From NCBI GenBank assembly GCA_051294905.1, contig CM119371.1, positions 25,670,001 to 25,734,000 of the forward strand: a stretch of 64,000 nucleotides of DNA. The letters are read 5' to 3'. Under the pieces are notes generated by a model. That model saw nothing but the letters and a program-made list of their open reading frames with translations, was not told the origin of the DNA and searched no databases. The position numbers and the translations under genes are program-made. Shown here one piece after another: positions 52,037 through 64,000 of the stretch. This stretch comes from Botryllus schlosseri. Lineage: Eukaryota. Position 1 is the first letter of the stretch. Every line of letters begins with the position of its first letter.

Positions 52037-53909
52037 CTATGCACTAACGACAACATCAAAGGTATCCGAATCGACGGGATAAAGCATAAATTAGACCAAT
52101 TTGCTGATGACGTCACACTGTATCTAAGAACAACTGACTCTATTACCACAGTCCTTAACGTATATCAAAGCTTGCATAGAGTGACAGGTCAAGATATCAA
52201 CACAGACAAGACGGAAATCCTACCGCTGAACGAAAAATCACGTATCAGACTGCAAGAAACTGCGCACGCACATATGCTAAAGCCAGTAATTAAGATACTG
52301 GGCTTATACCACGGAGAAAGCGAACTGGAAATGAACTTCCACAGACTCTGACAAGGAGTCGAGAAAAGCGTAAGGCATATTAAATCAAAACGGCTTTCTT
52401 GGATTGGTAAAATAACGGCGATTAAGGCATACATAATTAGCAAAATAACTTTTTACATATGCTAACAAGCAAATTCCAGGCGACAAGCTCAAGCAACTCG
52501 AACGCCTCGTCTTCGGCCTACTGTGGAGTCCTGAGAAACTCGAGCAAAAAAGCAGAATGCAACTGATCAGAACTAAGCCAGAAGGAGGAATTGATATGCC
52601 AGATATCGAATCTGCAACACAAGCAAAGAGAGCAAAAAGACTACAACAACTGAGTCGACTCGAGAACCCAATTGATATCTGCCATGCAAAAGCGATGTAC
52701 AATCTGACAACGAAGGTGGGCGATATAAATTGCAATTTATACAACAACCTCTACCCTCACAGAAATACATTGACGGAGGAATGGAAGAAGGAAAAGGAAA
52801 TCTTCGACGTAATTAAAAGCCAATCACAAGATATACAAGAACTAATCCAGAAAGAAATGTACCAGATCCTTGTTAAAAAAAACGCAACAAGGAGGAAGCC
52901 GCATGGTGGACTGGAAAGAGATGTCTGGCTATACCAACCCAATATCAAATATCACATTGACAACAAGAAACGTGAGATTTCGTATCGCATTAACACTGAG
53001 AGCTACTTTACAGGCTCCAGAAAAACCAACGCAGGCTGGGTACGAAGAAATGACGCCTACTTGAAAAAAAAATGCAAATTCTGTCAACACGCCGAAGATA
53101 CTCTGCGTCACACCTTCGCCGAATGTTCAACTTACAAAAAACTGTTCTCTCTTTGTAATACAGGATCTCGAGAACGACCTGCAAACGACTATTGACGCTA
53201 CACCCGACGAGATCATGAGCTACGTCTACGACGGACCACAAGCTCCGACTATAATACAAGCTTTTATGAACGTGAAAACCCTTGTGTGGGAATGGAAAAA
53301 TGCACTCGACATACAAAATGAATTCGCCCAAAATATTGACGAACGCATCTACTATATAAGAACTAAAATATACCGAATAATTTAAGCGAGCCCATTAAAC
53401 GCTTGTGCGATAAATCGTATTGTATTGATCGACCCACAAAGCCCAACCAATCCACCTACAACCTATCCCAGCCCCCCAAACCTCCCATCCCATCCCTCTT
53501 TACCCCACCCCTAAACCACTAAACCCTCCCCCGACCTACCCTATCCACCACCCCCCCTACCCTATTCCTACCCCACCTACCACCACTCCACCGAATTTAT
53601 ATGAAAAACACACGCAAACAAGCGCCAAGTACTGTCGGCTCCTACTACGACCGCGACCACGAATGGACATCGACTGCTGCGATGAGATGAGCCGAGCGAC
53701 TACGACCGCCAACTTACGACGGCGCCTACTACGACCGCGAATACAAATCCGACTTCGACAACGGCTGATACGAGATGACCTGATGAATGATGATGGGGAA
53801 AGACTTTCTTTATGAAATTTTGATATTTTATGTACATATTTGAATAAACATCTCTAAAACGGTCATACCAAAAACTCGAAAATTGGTATCCACAGCTATC
53901 CTGCTAGGC

Positions 53910-55773
53910 CAGTGGTTCCTAACCTTTCCTCCAGCGCCCCTGGGGGGCGCTGGCGATTTTGAATGGGGCGGAAACGCTCAGGGGGCGATATGGGGGGCGC
54001 TGGGCACAGGGGGGCGGTATGGGGTGCGCTGGAGAAAATGGCTTCGCAGTAGATGATGTGGTGGTAGGACATATCCTTAATGAGTATTCAGAGAAAATGA
54101 ACACCGAAAACTTCGTTATATATAGCCTACAAAAGACATATAGGTTTAATTGTCCATGGGCGCCTAAATGACTGGCACCGAATATTCCTATGTTGGCAAT
54201 CTGAACCCCAGAAGACGAATTACATCCGGCAGGGAAAAAATATATGCCAGTGAAGAAATACCAATTTGAAATCGTGTTCGTCTTTTAGTTTAGTACGATT
54301 GGGCGACAGGGATATCTAAAACTAGATATTCTTGTTGGGCGATATCCCTGTTGGGCGATTCTATATTTTTTGATAAAGCAGACAGGAGGCCACGAAATAA
54401 CATCATGCAACGAAGTCATACCAACGGGTTCGCCTGCCCGACTATGTTTAATTATTAGTTACGGGCCCTACAGTTTCCAAGACACCTCACATTGTTCGCT
54501 CCACGTTTTGATGCGTCTGCGCACACTCAATAAACTCACTGCGCAGATTCTTGGACAACAGTGCGTAACGACTAAAAAAAGATCAAAACTTCGGATTAGT
54601 TGTGCGCAACGTAGATTTTCTGTGCACAGATACCATGTCACTGCGCACATGAGCAGCTTAGACGGAACATTGCACCTCACTCAGCTCTACCGGTAAATCT
54701 GGTAACGTGAGCAGAGAGGACAAGAAATTAATAGCAATATATATGCAATTCCCGATCTTACTGACCGATTTTATCATATATTATCGAAAGTTTTCGCACG
54801 TCGCACTGGCTCGCTAAACAGTACAGCTGATTTCGTGGCAAAACGAACAACGTGATGGGGGCGGTCGGTTTATCACCTTATGGGGGCCCAACACCCAGTT
54901 TTTTCGGGGGGCCTGACGAAGTACCGTTTCGTTCCTGCTAACGGGTATACGCCCGAAGATGTATAATTATTATTGAGGGGTCCTACCTTTTCAATTACAC
55001 ATCACTCAGCTCTACCGGTAAATTTGTTTACGTGAGCAGAGAGAGGATAAAATTTGATATCGATATACATGCAATTCCCGATCATATTTACCAATTCAAT
55101 CATTATTTATTGAAATTTTTAGCGCTTCGCGCGTCTAGGCGGGAATACCTGGCTAAGTAAATGGACACCCAATGTAGATGACTAGTATCAGCAAATAGTG
55201 GATAACCGAAAGGTGGTCTGGGGGCGAAGCCCCCCGGAAGTTTGGTTTATCACCCGATGGGGGGGACTAAGACCAACGTTTTTTGGGGGCTGACGAAGTG
55301 CTGTTACGGCCCTGGTAACGAATTAATTGTACCTACGGGCACGCCCGAATATGTTTAATTATTAATTACGTGCCCACCATCTTCCCATACAACAGCTCAA
55401 TCAGCGCTACTGGTAAATCTGATTACGTGGGCTGAGAGGATAAAAAGTTTATAGCGACTTATATATGTAATTACCACCTATACATTCATGCATTATAGAA
55501 AATTTTGTTACCTAGGGCGACCATGCCACACAAACTTTGCTCACAATCGAAACCCCATTACGGGGTTTTTGGGGGCGAAGCCCTCGGAAGTTTGGTTTAT
55601 CACGCTATGGGTGCGCAAGGCAATCATTTTTAAGGGGGATGACGAAGTGCTGTTACGGCCCTCCCTCTTACTCATTGTCTTTATTACATTCCTTACAATA
55701 TGCGGTTGGGGGGCGCTGGAGCACGATAATTTTTGAAAGGGGGCGCTGGAGGAAAAAAGGTTAAGAACCACTG
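53910..55773. mobile_element. Composite hAT non-autonomous element (1.86 kb)
   Basis: TIR cagtggttcctaacc / ggttaagaaccactg; perfect TSD tgctaggc; nested MITE ~54490-54672 (flanks cacctcac). Confidence 0.9.
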
Positions 55774-56615
55774 TGCTAGGCGGTCAGCAATAACGGATAG
55801 CATGGAGGAGAGAAAAAAACGGTGGCGCAGACTAGATGACCTCACCGTCGTATCGCAACTCCGTCGTCAAAGCATCTCAATGGTACAGGCGAAAAAGAAT
55901 ATCTATCTATCTCTCTCAAAAAAGCAGTTTGTCAAGCCTCAAAATTGTACTTTTGCACAACGGAAATGCAAATTGTCCTGTATCGATTGGTCATTCTACC
56001 GAGATAGAAGAGGCGTGTAAAAACCAAATATATTGTTTTCCCTATAGTGTCCCTATCAAACGAGAAGGCTAAATCTGGTATTTAGGAAAGATTTCGGATT
56101 CAAATACGGATGCAATATTCTAATTTCATATTAGGAAGGAGTTCACTGCATTGGATTTATCCTAAGATGTAGTGAATAGAACTGTTTAGATTATCATGAT
56201 CACAAAGCACCCAACTACAAACAGTTGATCCGAAAATTCTTATCTCCATATTGAAAACGAGTAACAAACATGAGCAATTGAGCATAAAAGTTCATTTCCT
56301 GTTCAGTCATCTTGATATATTTCCTGAATATCTCGTTGATTAGCAAGGGGGGAGATTCCACCAAGACATCAAAACAACAATGAAATATATTAGGGCAGAT
56401 GAGACGAACATATTATGGCAGATCATTGCTGGAATCTTCCGAGAGACTACAGTAAATTGCTTACAGGAGAAAATCGTACAAAAAACAATTGTGCCTTGAA
56501 ATAAATGAATAATATTATATTCCAACTGAATATTTCACAATTACAATAGGTGGTTGACGTAAAACTGATTGAATTACTGCCAATTTATTTGAATTTCTAG
56601 GTAAATACTTATATA

Positions 56616-56797
56616 CAATGTTCCCTCTAAGCGGCGCACGTGCGCAAATGCGCAGTGTTGAAACGGTCTCTGCGCACAGAAATCTAAGCTGCGCACAAAA
56701 AATCTGAAGTGATGACTCTTTTTTTAAAATCTTTGCGCACTGTTCTCCAAGGTACCGCGCAAGCGCGCAGACTCGTGAAAAATTAGAAGGGACATTG
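56616..56797. mobile_element. Short MITE (caatgttccctctaa TIR family)
   Basis: caatgttccctctaag ... ttagaagggacattg; related to ~54490-54672. Confidence 0.7.
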
Positions 56798-58470
56798 CCA
56801 AGGGCAGATAGTGTTCTCGCTATTGTCTGAAACCGAGGTACATTGCTCACTGTGAAGAAATGATAATTTGCAATGACATGGGCCTCACGAAAGAGATTTT
56901 TCTTTTAGTATGGTCTCGTACGCGTCAGCGATACTGATATCATTTCAATAGCGCAGTCTTTTTCTGGGAATGGCGAAATAACATGGTTTAACAAAGTTAT
57001 AAATATAATAACAATGGACTAACTTGAAGGTAATCTGCGAGAAACTAACGAATAGTATTCTTCGCGTGGCGTGGACATTGCATAAGATTTACTGTACAAT
57101 TACATGCCGTGAATTGCCGAAGTCATCACTTCCATCAGGCAAATCTGATCACGTGTGATGAGATAGGATAATATGCAAAATATGCAAGTACAAGCACCAG
57201 TATTTTTGAAAAAATCCATCCCCTTGCAAACGTTTATTGGCATATCCTTCAACTGCGCACTGTGAGGCGTTGAATTAAATCAGCTTTTCCGCAGAACGAA
57301 TTTTGATTTCATTCGAATCGTTTGAACGGGAATGTTCTGTCGATAAGGTCATACGCTAATATTGTTCATGCTTCGGTCAGACTTTAATATTCGTATCAAT
57401 ATAAATTACTGTATGTCTTGATAGTAATTAGTGTGTTGCCGGTATTAATAAGACGTCACATCAGTGTTTGAACGCGATAGGCCTACATCAGGAGTCACCA
57501 ACACGCGGCCCGCGACCTGAATTGAAATTTCGGAAGAACGCTTAGTAAAGCATTTTGAAATGCTGATGATTTCAGTTTGGACATATTGTTGTTGGCATTC
57601 AATGTGAGCTATTCTCCTATGCCCCATCTTACTATTGCCTACTAGCCGTTACGGCTTCGGCGATTGTAATATCATTCCATGGAGGAAGAATTTCCAGATA
57701 TGAATGAGCAATTGAGCATATTGCCTTGACGTTCTGGCCCACCATTGCCCAGACCGAGACGCTTAGAAAACGACTTCGGGCTCCCCAAAACACCAAGCTT
57801 TACGAGAAGATAGTTTTCCAGCATGTAAAGTGTCTATCTAATCACACTATCACAGTATAGATTCTTTAGTCCAGAGGTCTCAAACTCAAGTGTGCTCGCG
57901 GGCCAATTCCTACTTTTTGATGACGCCGCGGGCCGCAGTACCAATAATAGGGGAATTCAATGTATTTCAAAGTAGGCCTTATTTCCGGTTTGGAGCATAG
58001 GCCTTCTCCTGATAACTAGGCTATATTAATCATGTCATTACCGAAGTCAAGAATCAGCGTTTGATTTTACCTTCGAATTTTGGAACTGGTCAATAACAAC
58101 TTGAACACAATGGATACTGTGCGATATAGCAATAGAAATGTGTAATCGCCGAAGAATCCATTGGTGTTACAGCTGTAAAGCGGAGGATACGACTAATTAA
58201 TACTCGCCACATTAAATTGGCGATAATGACATATATAAAGATACCCAAGATGACTCAGCATGTATCCAACTATACATCAAAGGGGTAACATAATGCCGAT
58301 GGCGGTTGCCATACCTACCTGCTTAGATATCTAAATAAGCTACGCAACGCAAGCTACGACTTTTTGATATTTTACCATTTCTTATACAAGTTTTCATAGT
58401 TTGTTAATAGTGTCCTATATGGTGTGGACACAAGCATAAATCTCACGGCTCGGTGAAATTGGTCTACGGC

Positions 58471-61400
58471 AGTAGTATATACGATCGCTCGCATGACGCA
58501 ATGGGGTTCTTATGGGCCCGCTCGTGACTTGCCGCGAAAACTCGTGTTGGTGACCACACCCTTTTAGACCCCCTATCGCTGGTGACTTGCCATTGTTTCT
58601 TATGGGATCTCTGGTGACCCCACCCTTTCAGGTATAGGGCTCGCTCATGACCTGCCGTGAAAACTCGTAGTGATGATGGTACCCTTTCAGACCCCCTATC
58701 GCTCGTGATGTGCCAATGGTTCTTATGGGATCTCTGGTGATGTGTCATTGTTTCTTACGCGGTCTCTGGTGATGTGCGATTGGTTCTTATGGGATCTCTG
58801 GTGATGTGCCATTGTTTCTTATGGTATCTCTGGTGACGGCACCCTTTTGGGTATAGGCTGCGTCGGTGATGTGCCTGTCATGTATTCTTACGGGATCTGT
58901 GGTGATTCGCCATGTGTTCTTATGGGTGCGGCCGTGAATTGCCCTTTCGGGTGTAGGCATCTCTCGCACATCGTACTTTCGCATGTCGTACTTTCGCGTA
59001 TAGGCTGTGTTGGTGATTCGCTATGTGTTCTTATGGTTGCGTCGGCATATCGTACTTTCGGGTGTAGGCATCTCTCGCACATCGTACTTTCGCATGCCGT
59101 ACTTTCGCGTATAGATTGTGTTGGTGATTCGCCATGTGTTCTTATGGGTGCGGTCGTGATTCGCACTTTCAACCATCTCTCGCGTGGTGTTGAATAGTCA
59201 CCAACAATAACCGCACAAACGGAAACGTGGCTTGTTGTGAGGATTAAGCAGTGCGACCTATATTTCGAATGACCTGCGTGTGGAATTGTTTCACGACCAG
59301 CCACATGCTACTATCGATTACACTAATCCAGTCAGCGCTATTACATTCAGGAGTATTCAGTATTCAGCAGCGACACGAAAAGCAACCAACAAATAACCGC
59401 GCTCGTAAATTAACACTTCAAAAAGTGTAAAATAGATTACAAATCCCGCGATCGCTAACAAGATAATGTCTCGGGTATAACCATTTTAGTGATTTGGTGT
59501 AAAAGACATACCGATCGCTCACAAGGTAATATTTCGGTAATTAGTTTGTCACAGAGCCGTCGCAGACGGTGATTCGAAAACCAACAATTTGACACTTTCT
59601 GGTGGTCGCTATATGTTTTGACACTTCGAACAGCGGCTGACTTTAGTTGCACGATAAGAATTATGAGAATATTCAATCAATGTATCAATTTGTCAAATCG
59701 AAATGAAATTCACTACACAAACCGAGTTGATTCGTATTTGAATGTGTTAATTCGGTACAATTCTAATTATTTTGAGAAATCTTTTCGTGATCTTTTGATT
59801 CGACCATAACCCGAATATTACTGACGCCGACTTTCAGCTACATCGAATTATTCGCACATTCCACGCCGCTGTTTTCACACTTATAGAATCAATACCAACT
59901 ATAATTCTACAAGAATCAAGAATCACAAGTATGTGCATTATACAGTAATTGTCTTTATCAACATGAAATCAAACTCTTAACAAAAACACGCATCTTATCA
60001 CTCGTCAACTCTATCATGAAAACCCTCGAACCCGTATTATTAAGAATGTTATAGTACGGTATCGGAATCCATTCGCGAGATGTACTAAAGGTAAATCCAA
60101 ATAATCCAGAATGAAATATTTGGACTTGACATAGTGTGAATAGAAATAGGTTTGACAAACATGACTACCAACTTTGATCCAGTCACATTTCAAGATTACA
60201 CTTTGAAACAATCCTTGAAACTTACAACTCTATTCACGACTGAGTTTTCCATTTGTCAAATAGAGTTTCAGTAAATACTATCGCGATATTTTAATGTGTT
60301 ACTACACACAATAGAATCAATCAATGAAATATCGCCCGTTGTTGTAAATATTTCTATCTTGACAACCACTTATGCATACCGCGATCGAGTTGTGACGCGA
60401 TGAGTTAAATCGGAATATTTCAATCTATTTGTCGAAACCTTGAACAAACTATCAGGTTATTTTTTGTTGCAATCGAGTGATTCCCATACACAAAAGAGTA
60501 AAATACAAAAAACCTTGTCAAGTCAATCCGTTTGTAACTTACCCAACCAAAACAAAAAGTATCGTTACGAAAAGTAGTCAAGACTACGCAAGTAATCACT
60601 ACAACCAACAAACATATCAAGTTCGGTTTTAGGCATATACCACCAACTCGTCTTATTGGAATGTCAGCAACTCTTTACGGTCATAGTTACAACCACATTA
60701 TCTAATTTACCCGACCAACTCGTCATGATCATTCCTCAAATCAACACAAACGCGATCACCGACTTGAGTTAACCACAAAACGGCATCAAGTTTTTAATCC
60801 ACTTGTAGCTGACAGATTATTCGAATACATCGATGGAGACTATTATTGAACTCGTCGATATTGTTACTTCAACAAATTATCGCTTACGCCGACTGCGAAA
60901 GTTAATATCGAATGGTAAGGATTGATCACATATTTGTTGAACACAGACATGACAAAGAACATGATCGGGATTTTATAAACTAGTCATATTACTTTTCACA
61001 TCTATCAATATCAGAATACAAGTCATCAAACTTTTTTGTTAAATGTAACATAGCACTTTTGGAATCGGATTCGTTATAGTCGTACAAATTGTATTAAACC
61101 CAACATCAAAAGGACTTTTTTAGTTCATTGAAATCAAATCATTCGTCTTCGACTTGTGCTTTTTTAGATTGCCCGCAACAATTCGTTTCGAGTGAGTTGT
61201 AACCAAAGTCGGGATATCTTTGTGTCCACAGATATGGAAGATGAATATAGCTAACACAATCACGAATCGACGTTTCAGAGTATTTCACGGATGTAATAAA
61301 CTTGTTAGTGTCACCTATCTAAAAGTACGCACGCGTTCGATTTCCATACCGACTGTTGCGATGTTTAGGATTCACTTACAATAACCACGGGTGAGGATTT

Positions 61401-64000
61401 TACATCAATGTCGTTACTGTCGGAATTCACAACAGAGAATTGAAACATTACACAGGGTGAAAATATCTCTTTGATATCAAAGCACTACACCAAGTACACG
61501 ATTAATACTCAACTCCGCTCACACTTTCTATATTACATGCTAAATGTAAAATATCACGAGGTCGCACTCTAAGACTTTGATCATTACAAAAGTAAATTGG
61601 AATATGTTTGCTAGATGCATTCAAATCAGCTAGAAATGTCTGGTGCACAACAATCGTAATATCAAGGAAGTACTTGCTACACTATAATTCACTAAACGTG
61701 TTTTGTATTGTTGTTCATTTGTAGTATTGATTGTTTTTGAACCCTCAAATAATAATTCCCGACATGAAACTAAGCCGCCGAAAGTCGTTACCATCACAAA
61801 GAAACAATTTACACGATGTTTGCCAAATGTATCCTATAGTTAGGGGAACTGGAATTATTTGTAAAACACACTCTGGTAAAGAAATCGAAAAGATATCCTA
61901 CACCTAAATCTGATAAAACCATTTTGCACTTTGTGTTCGTCAGTAGTATCCATTTGAATTTTTCAATTTCCTCTCATCAAAGTAGATGTAATCATAGTCG
62001 CTAAAGAAATTACTTGGATGTGTTTGAATTCTAGACATAGTTCCAATTTACTCGACGCAAGACCCAAGAACAACCGTAGTTTACAACCGTGCACACATAT
62101 CCAAAATATCGCACACTATGCTATTCCTAAAGTACAAACACCCGATACAAAATATTACTTGTTGTGTTGTTGCGGCATCATCTTCACAATATCACCCTCA
62201 ATACAAATGATGTTTATGTGTAACATGCTATTGATTTGAATCACACCCACCTGACGGAGGAGGATTTACTCAATCTTTACAAAATGGATATTGACCAACA
62301 TCACATCATCGGATTGTATCTGTTTTGTTGGATATGAGTTATGTTAGTTTAACAGTAAACAAATTTCACCCTCTTGGATTATGAATTCAATGCGTTAGCA
62401 GTCATTCGATATTTTGTTTGTGTCAACTAGTTACTTTGTATGTTACTCCACAACTCTTACAAAAGTACGAAGGATATTAACATCGCACTAAGTAATTAAC
62501 TTTACTCGATATTCTCGCATTACGAAACTAAAGAATGGTTGGTTAGACTCTACAAACTGTTTCGATATCACAAGACCTTTATTGTCTGAATGGGTGTTCA
62601 TGTATCTTAATAATCAAATAGTTCAACACAGAACTAGTACTAACAGAAACATCAGAGTTGTTTACACAAAAGTTTGTATATGTGCACAGTATGCGAATAC
62701 CATGTGTAAGTCCAGCACAATTGCGGTATCCATCCGAGTTTAGTTAACACAAATTTATTACAACGGAGTCACGTAAACTTTCGTGAAAGAAAAGCATACT
62801 CACTCCCAGAAGGTTATGTCAATGCCATAGCAGTACCCCAACAGCAAAGTACATATGTTTTCTAGTCACGGTCCTTACATCTTTCACATAGATCAATCTA
62901 CTTTGCTAACGAAAAGTGCTGAGTCATCACATGATCACCCTCACAACAAAACAGCTGGTAGATATTATCATTCAAAATATTCCTAACCCTTTACACACCA
63001 GTGACAAATCATACAACGAATATGTTTTGTGGGTCGAATTGTTGTTCAGCGTCAAGTCTCCATGTTGGAGCGTACATTAAAACAGCGCAGTCACAATCCA
63101 ATTAAAACCACGAATCTATTTTCATTTCGTCACATACAGAAAAATAAATTTACTTTCCCAAAACATACTTGTAACCAATCGCTTTCATTAAACATACAAC
63201 ACCATAAAAGTATTTACTTTCTACAACATAGACATTCCGATGTAGTCAAGAAATATTTTTATTAATCAAAATCATCGACTTCTGTTTACGGCGTTAGTGT
63301 GTGCATGTCATATATGTGGGATCCGTATTAAAATGGACACGACGCGACTGAATGTAAGGAGATAGAAGTCTATCGCATAGATTTACATGCGGTCTTCGCT
63401 ACGGTTTCAAAAAACTAATCATCTCTTTTGCATTGATCGAGACCGGCCATGATTGTGTTTGTCATATGCGAATGATAGGGTTACTGTCAAATCTACATAC
63501 AACAATCTTAATCTTCTGACGATCATAATAGCAATTTCATTTTCCGCCCCTTCATAATTGTACAACTCGGTAACTACGTTTAACAAGACCAATCACACTA
63601 CCGGCGTCGAACACAAGATACCTACCCAAGTAAAAATATCATTCTGGTTTGGACAACTGACGTTTACCTGTGTAAAATTATCATTTTCACTTGGAGGTCC
63701 ACCGTTACCTAACTAAAATACCATTGTCCTTTGGAGATTTATCGTTTACCCAGTGTAACAATCCCCTTTTCACTTGGAAATCTATTTTTGGCCTGAATAA
63801 CAAACCCCTTTTCACTTGGAAATCTATTTTTGCCCTGGATAACAAACCTTTTTCATTTGGAAATATATTTTTTCTCTTGGTAACAAACCTTTTTCACTTG
63901 GAAATATATTTTTTCTCTGGGTAACAAACCTTTTTCACTTGGAAATATATTTTTTCTCTTGGTAATAAACCTTTTTCACTTGGAAATATATTTTTTCTCT
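58471..64000. mobile_element. Left part of a second, diverged Polinton-type element of the same family (runs off the window)
   Basis: Starts agtagtatatacgatcgctcg...ggggttcttatggg like 22117; same subterminal motifs, colinear shared blocks and the same ~41-bp array. Confidence 0.8.

Larger units (their letters stand above)
49450..53385 (+). pseudogene. LINE ORF2 (endonuclease-RT), disrupted by two insertions and frameshifts
   Basis: SINVNGL, LIQETH, NIYAP, GGDFN, RLDRFY, SPGFDGL, WRPISLLNTDYKI, KAFD, RQGCP, QFADD, CKFCQHAEDTLRHTFAEC. Confidence 0.92.
48250..53860 (+). mobile_element. Tx1/L1-clade non-LTR retrotransposon, decayed
   Basis: ORF1 with RRM-like region and CCHC knuckles; ORF2 with APE endonuclease, RT and C-terminal zinc motif; 3' UTR with AATAAA at 53843. 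The 5' boundary is approximate. Confidence 0.9.

Noticed and set aside
53858..53872. 5S rRNA 5' end (acggtcatacca)
   Set aside because: Only ~12 bp of similarity; the downstream sequence does not continue as 5S.
56340..56525. Hydrophobic 61-aa ORF
   Set aside because: No splice or homology support; consistent with chance in AT-rich DNA.

Overview
AT-rich eukaryotic (animal) DNA with GT-AG introns; a marine invertebrate such as an ascidian is a guess from the GPCR architecture. One clear host gene: a spliced minus-strand LDLa + 7TM GPCR of the relaxin/glycoprotein-hormone receptor type (CDS at least 10730-17736). The rest is mostly transposons: a decayed Penelope-like RT split by a hAT derivative, a decayed Ty3/Gypsy LTR element (38138-44231), a Tx1/L1-type LINE (~48250-53860), a tRNA-SINE and many hAT MITEs with 8-bp TSDs. 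The standout is a 13,955-bp element (22117-36071) with Polinton/Maverick-type ends (AGTAGT...ACTACT, perfect 6-bp TSD GTTAGT). It has no recognisable Polinton genes and is almost entirely a palindrome: two ~6.5-kb near-identical arms around a 912-bp spacer. A second, diverged but colinear member starts at 58471 and runs off the window. I read this as a family of non-autonomous, copy-back/foldback-like Polinton derivatives (inference). All alignments were done by eye, so identities are approximate.
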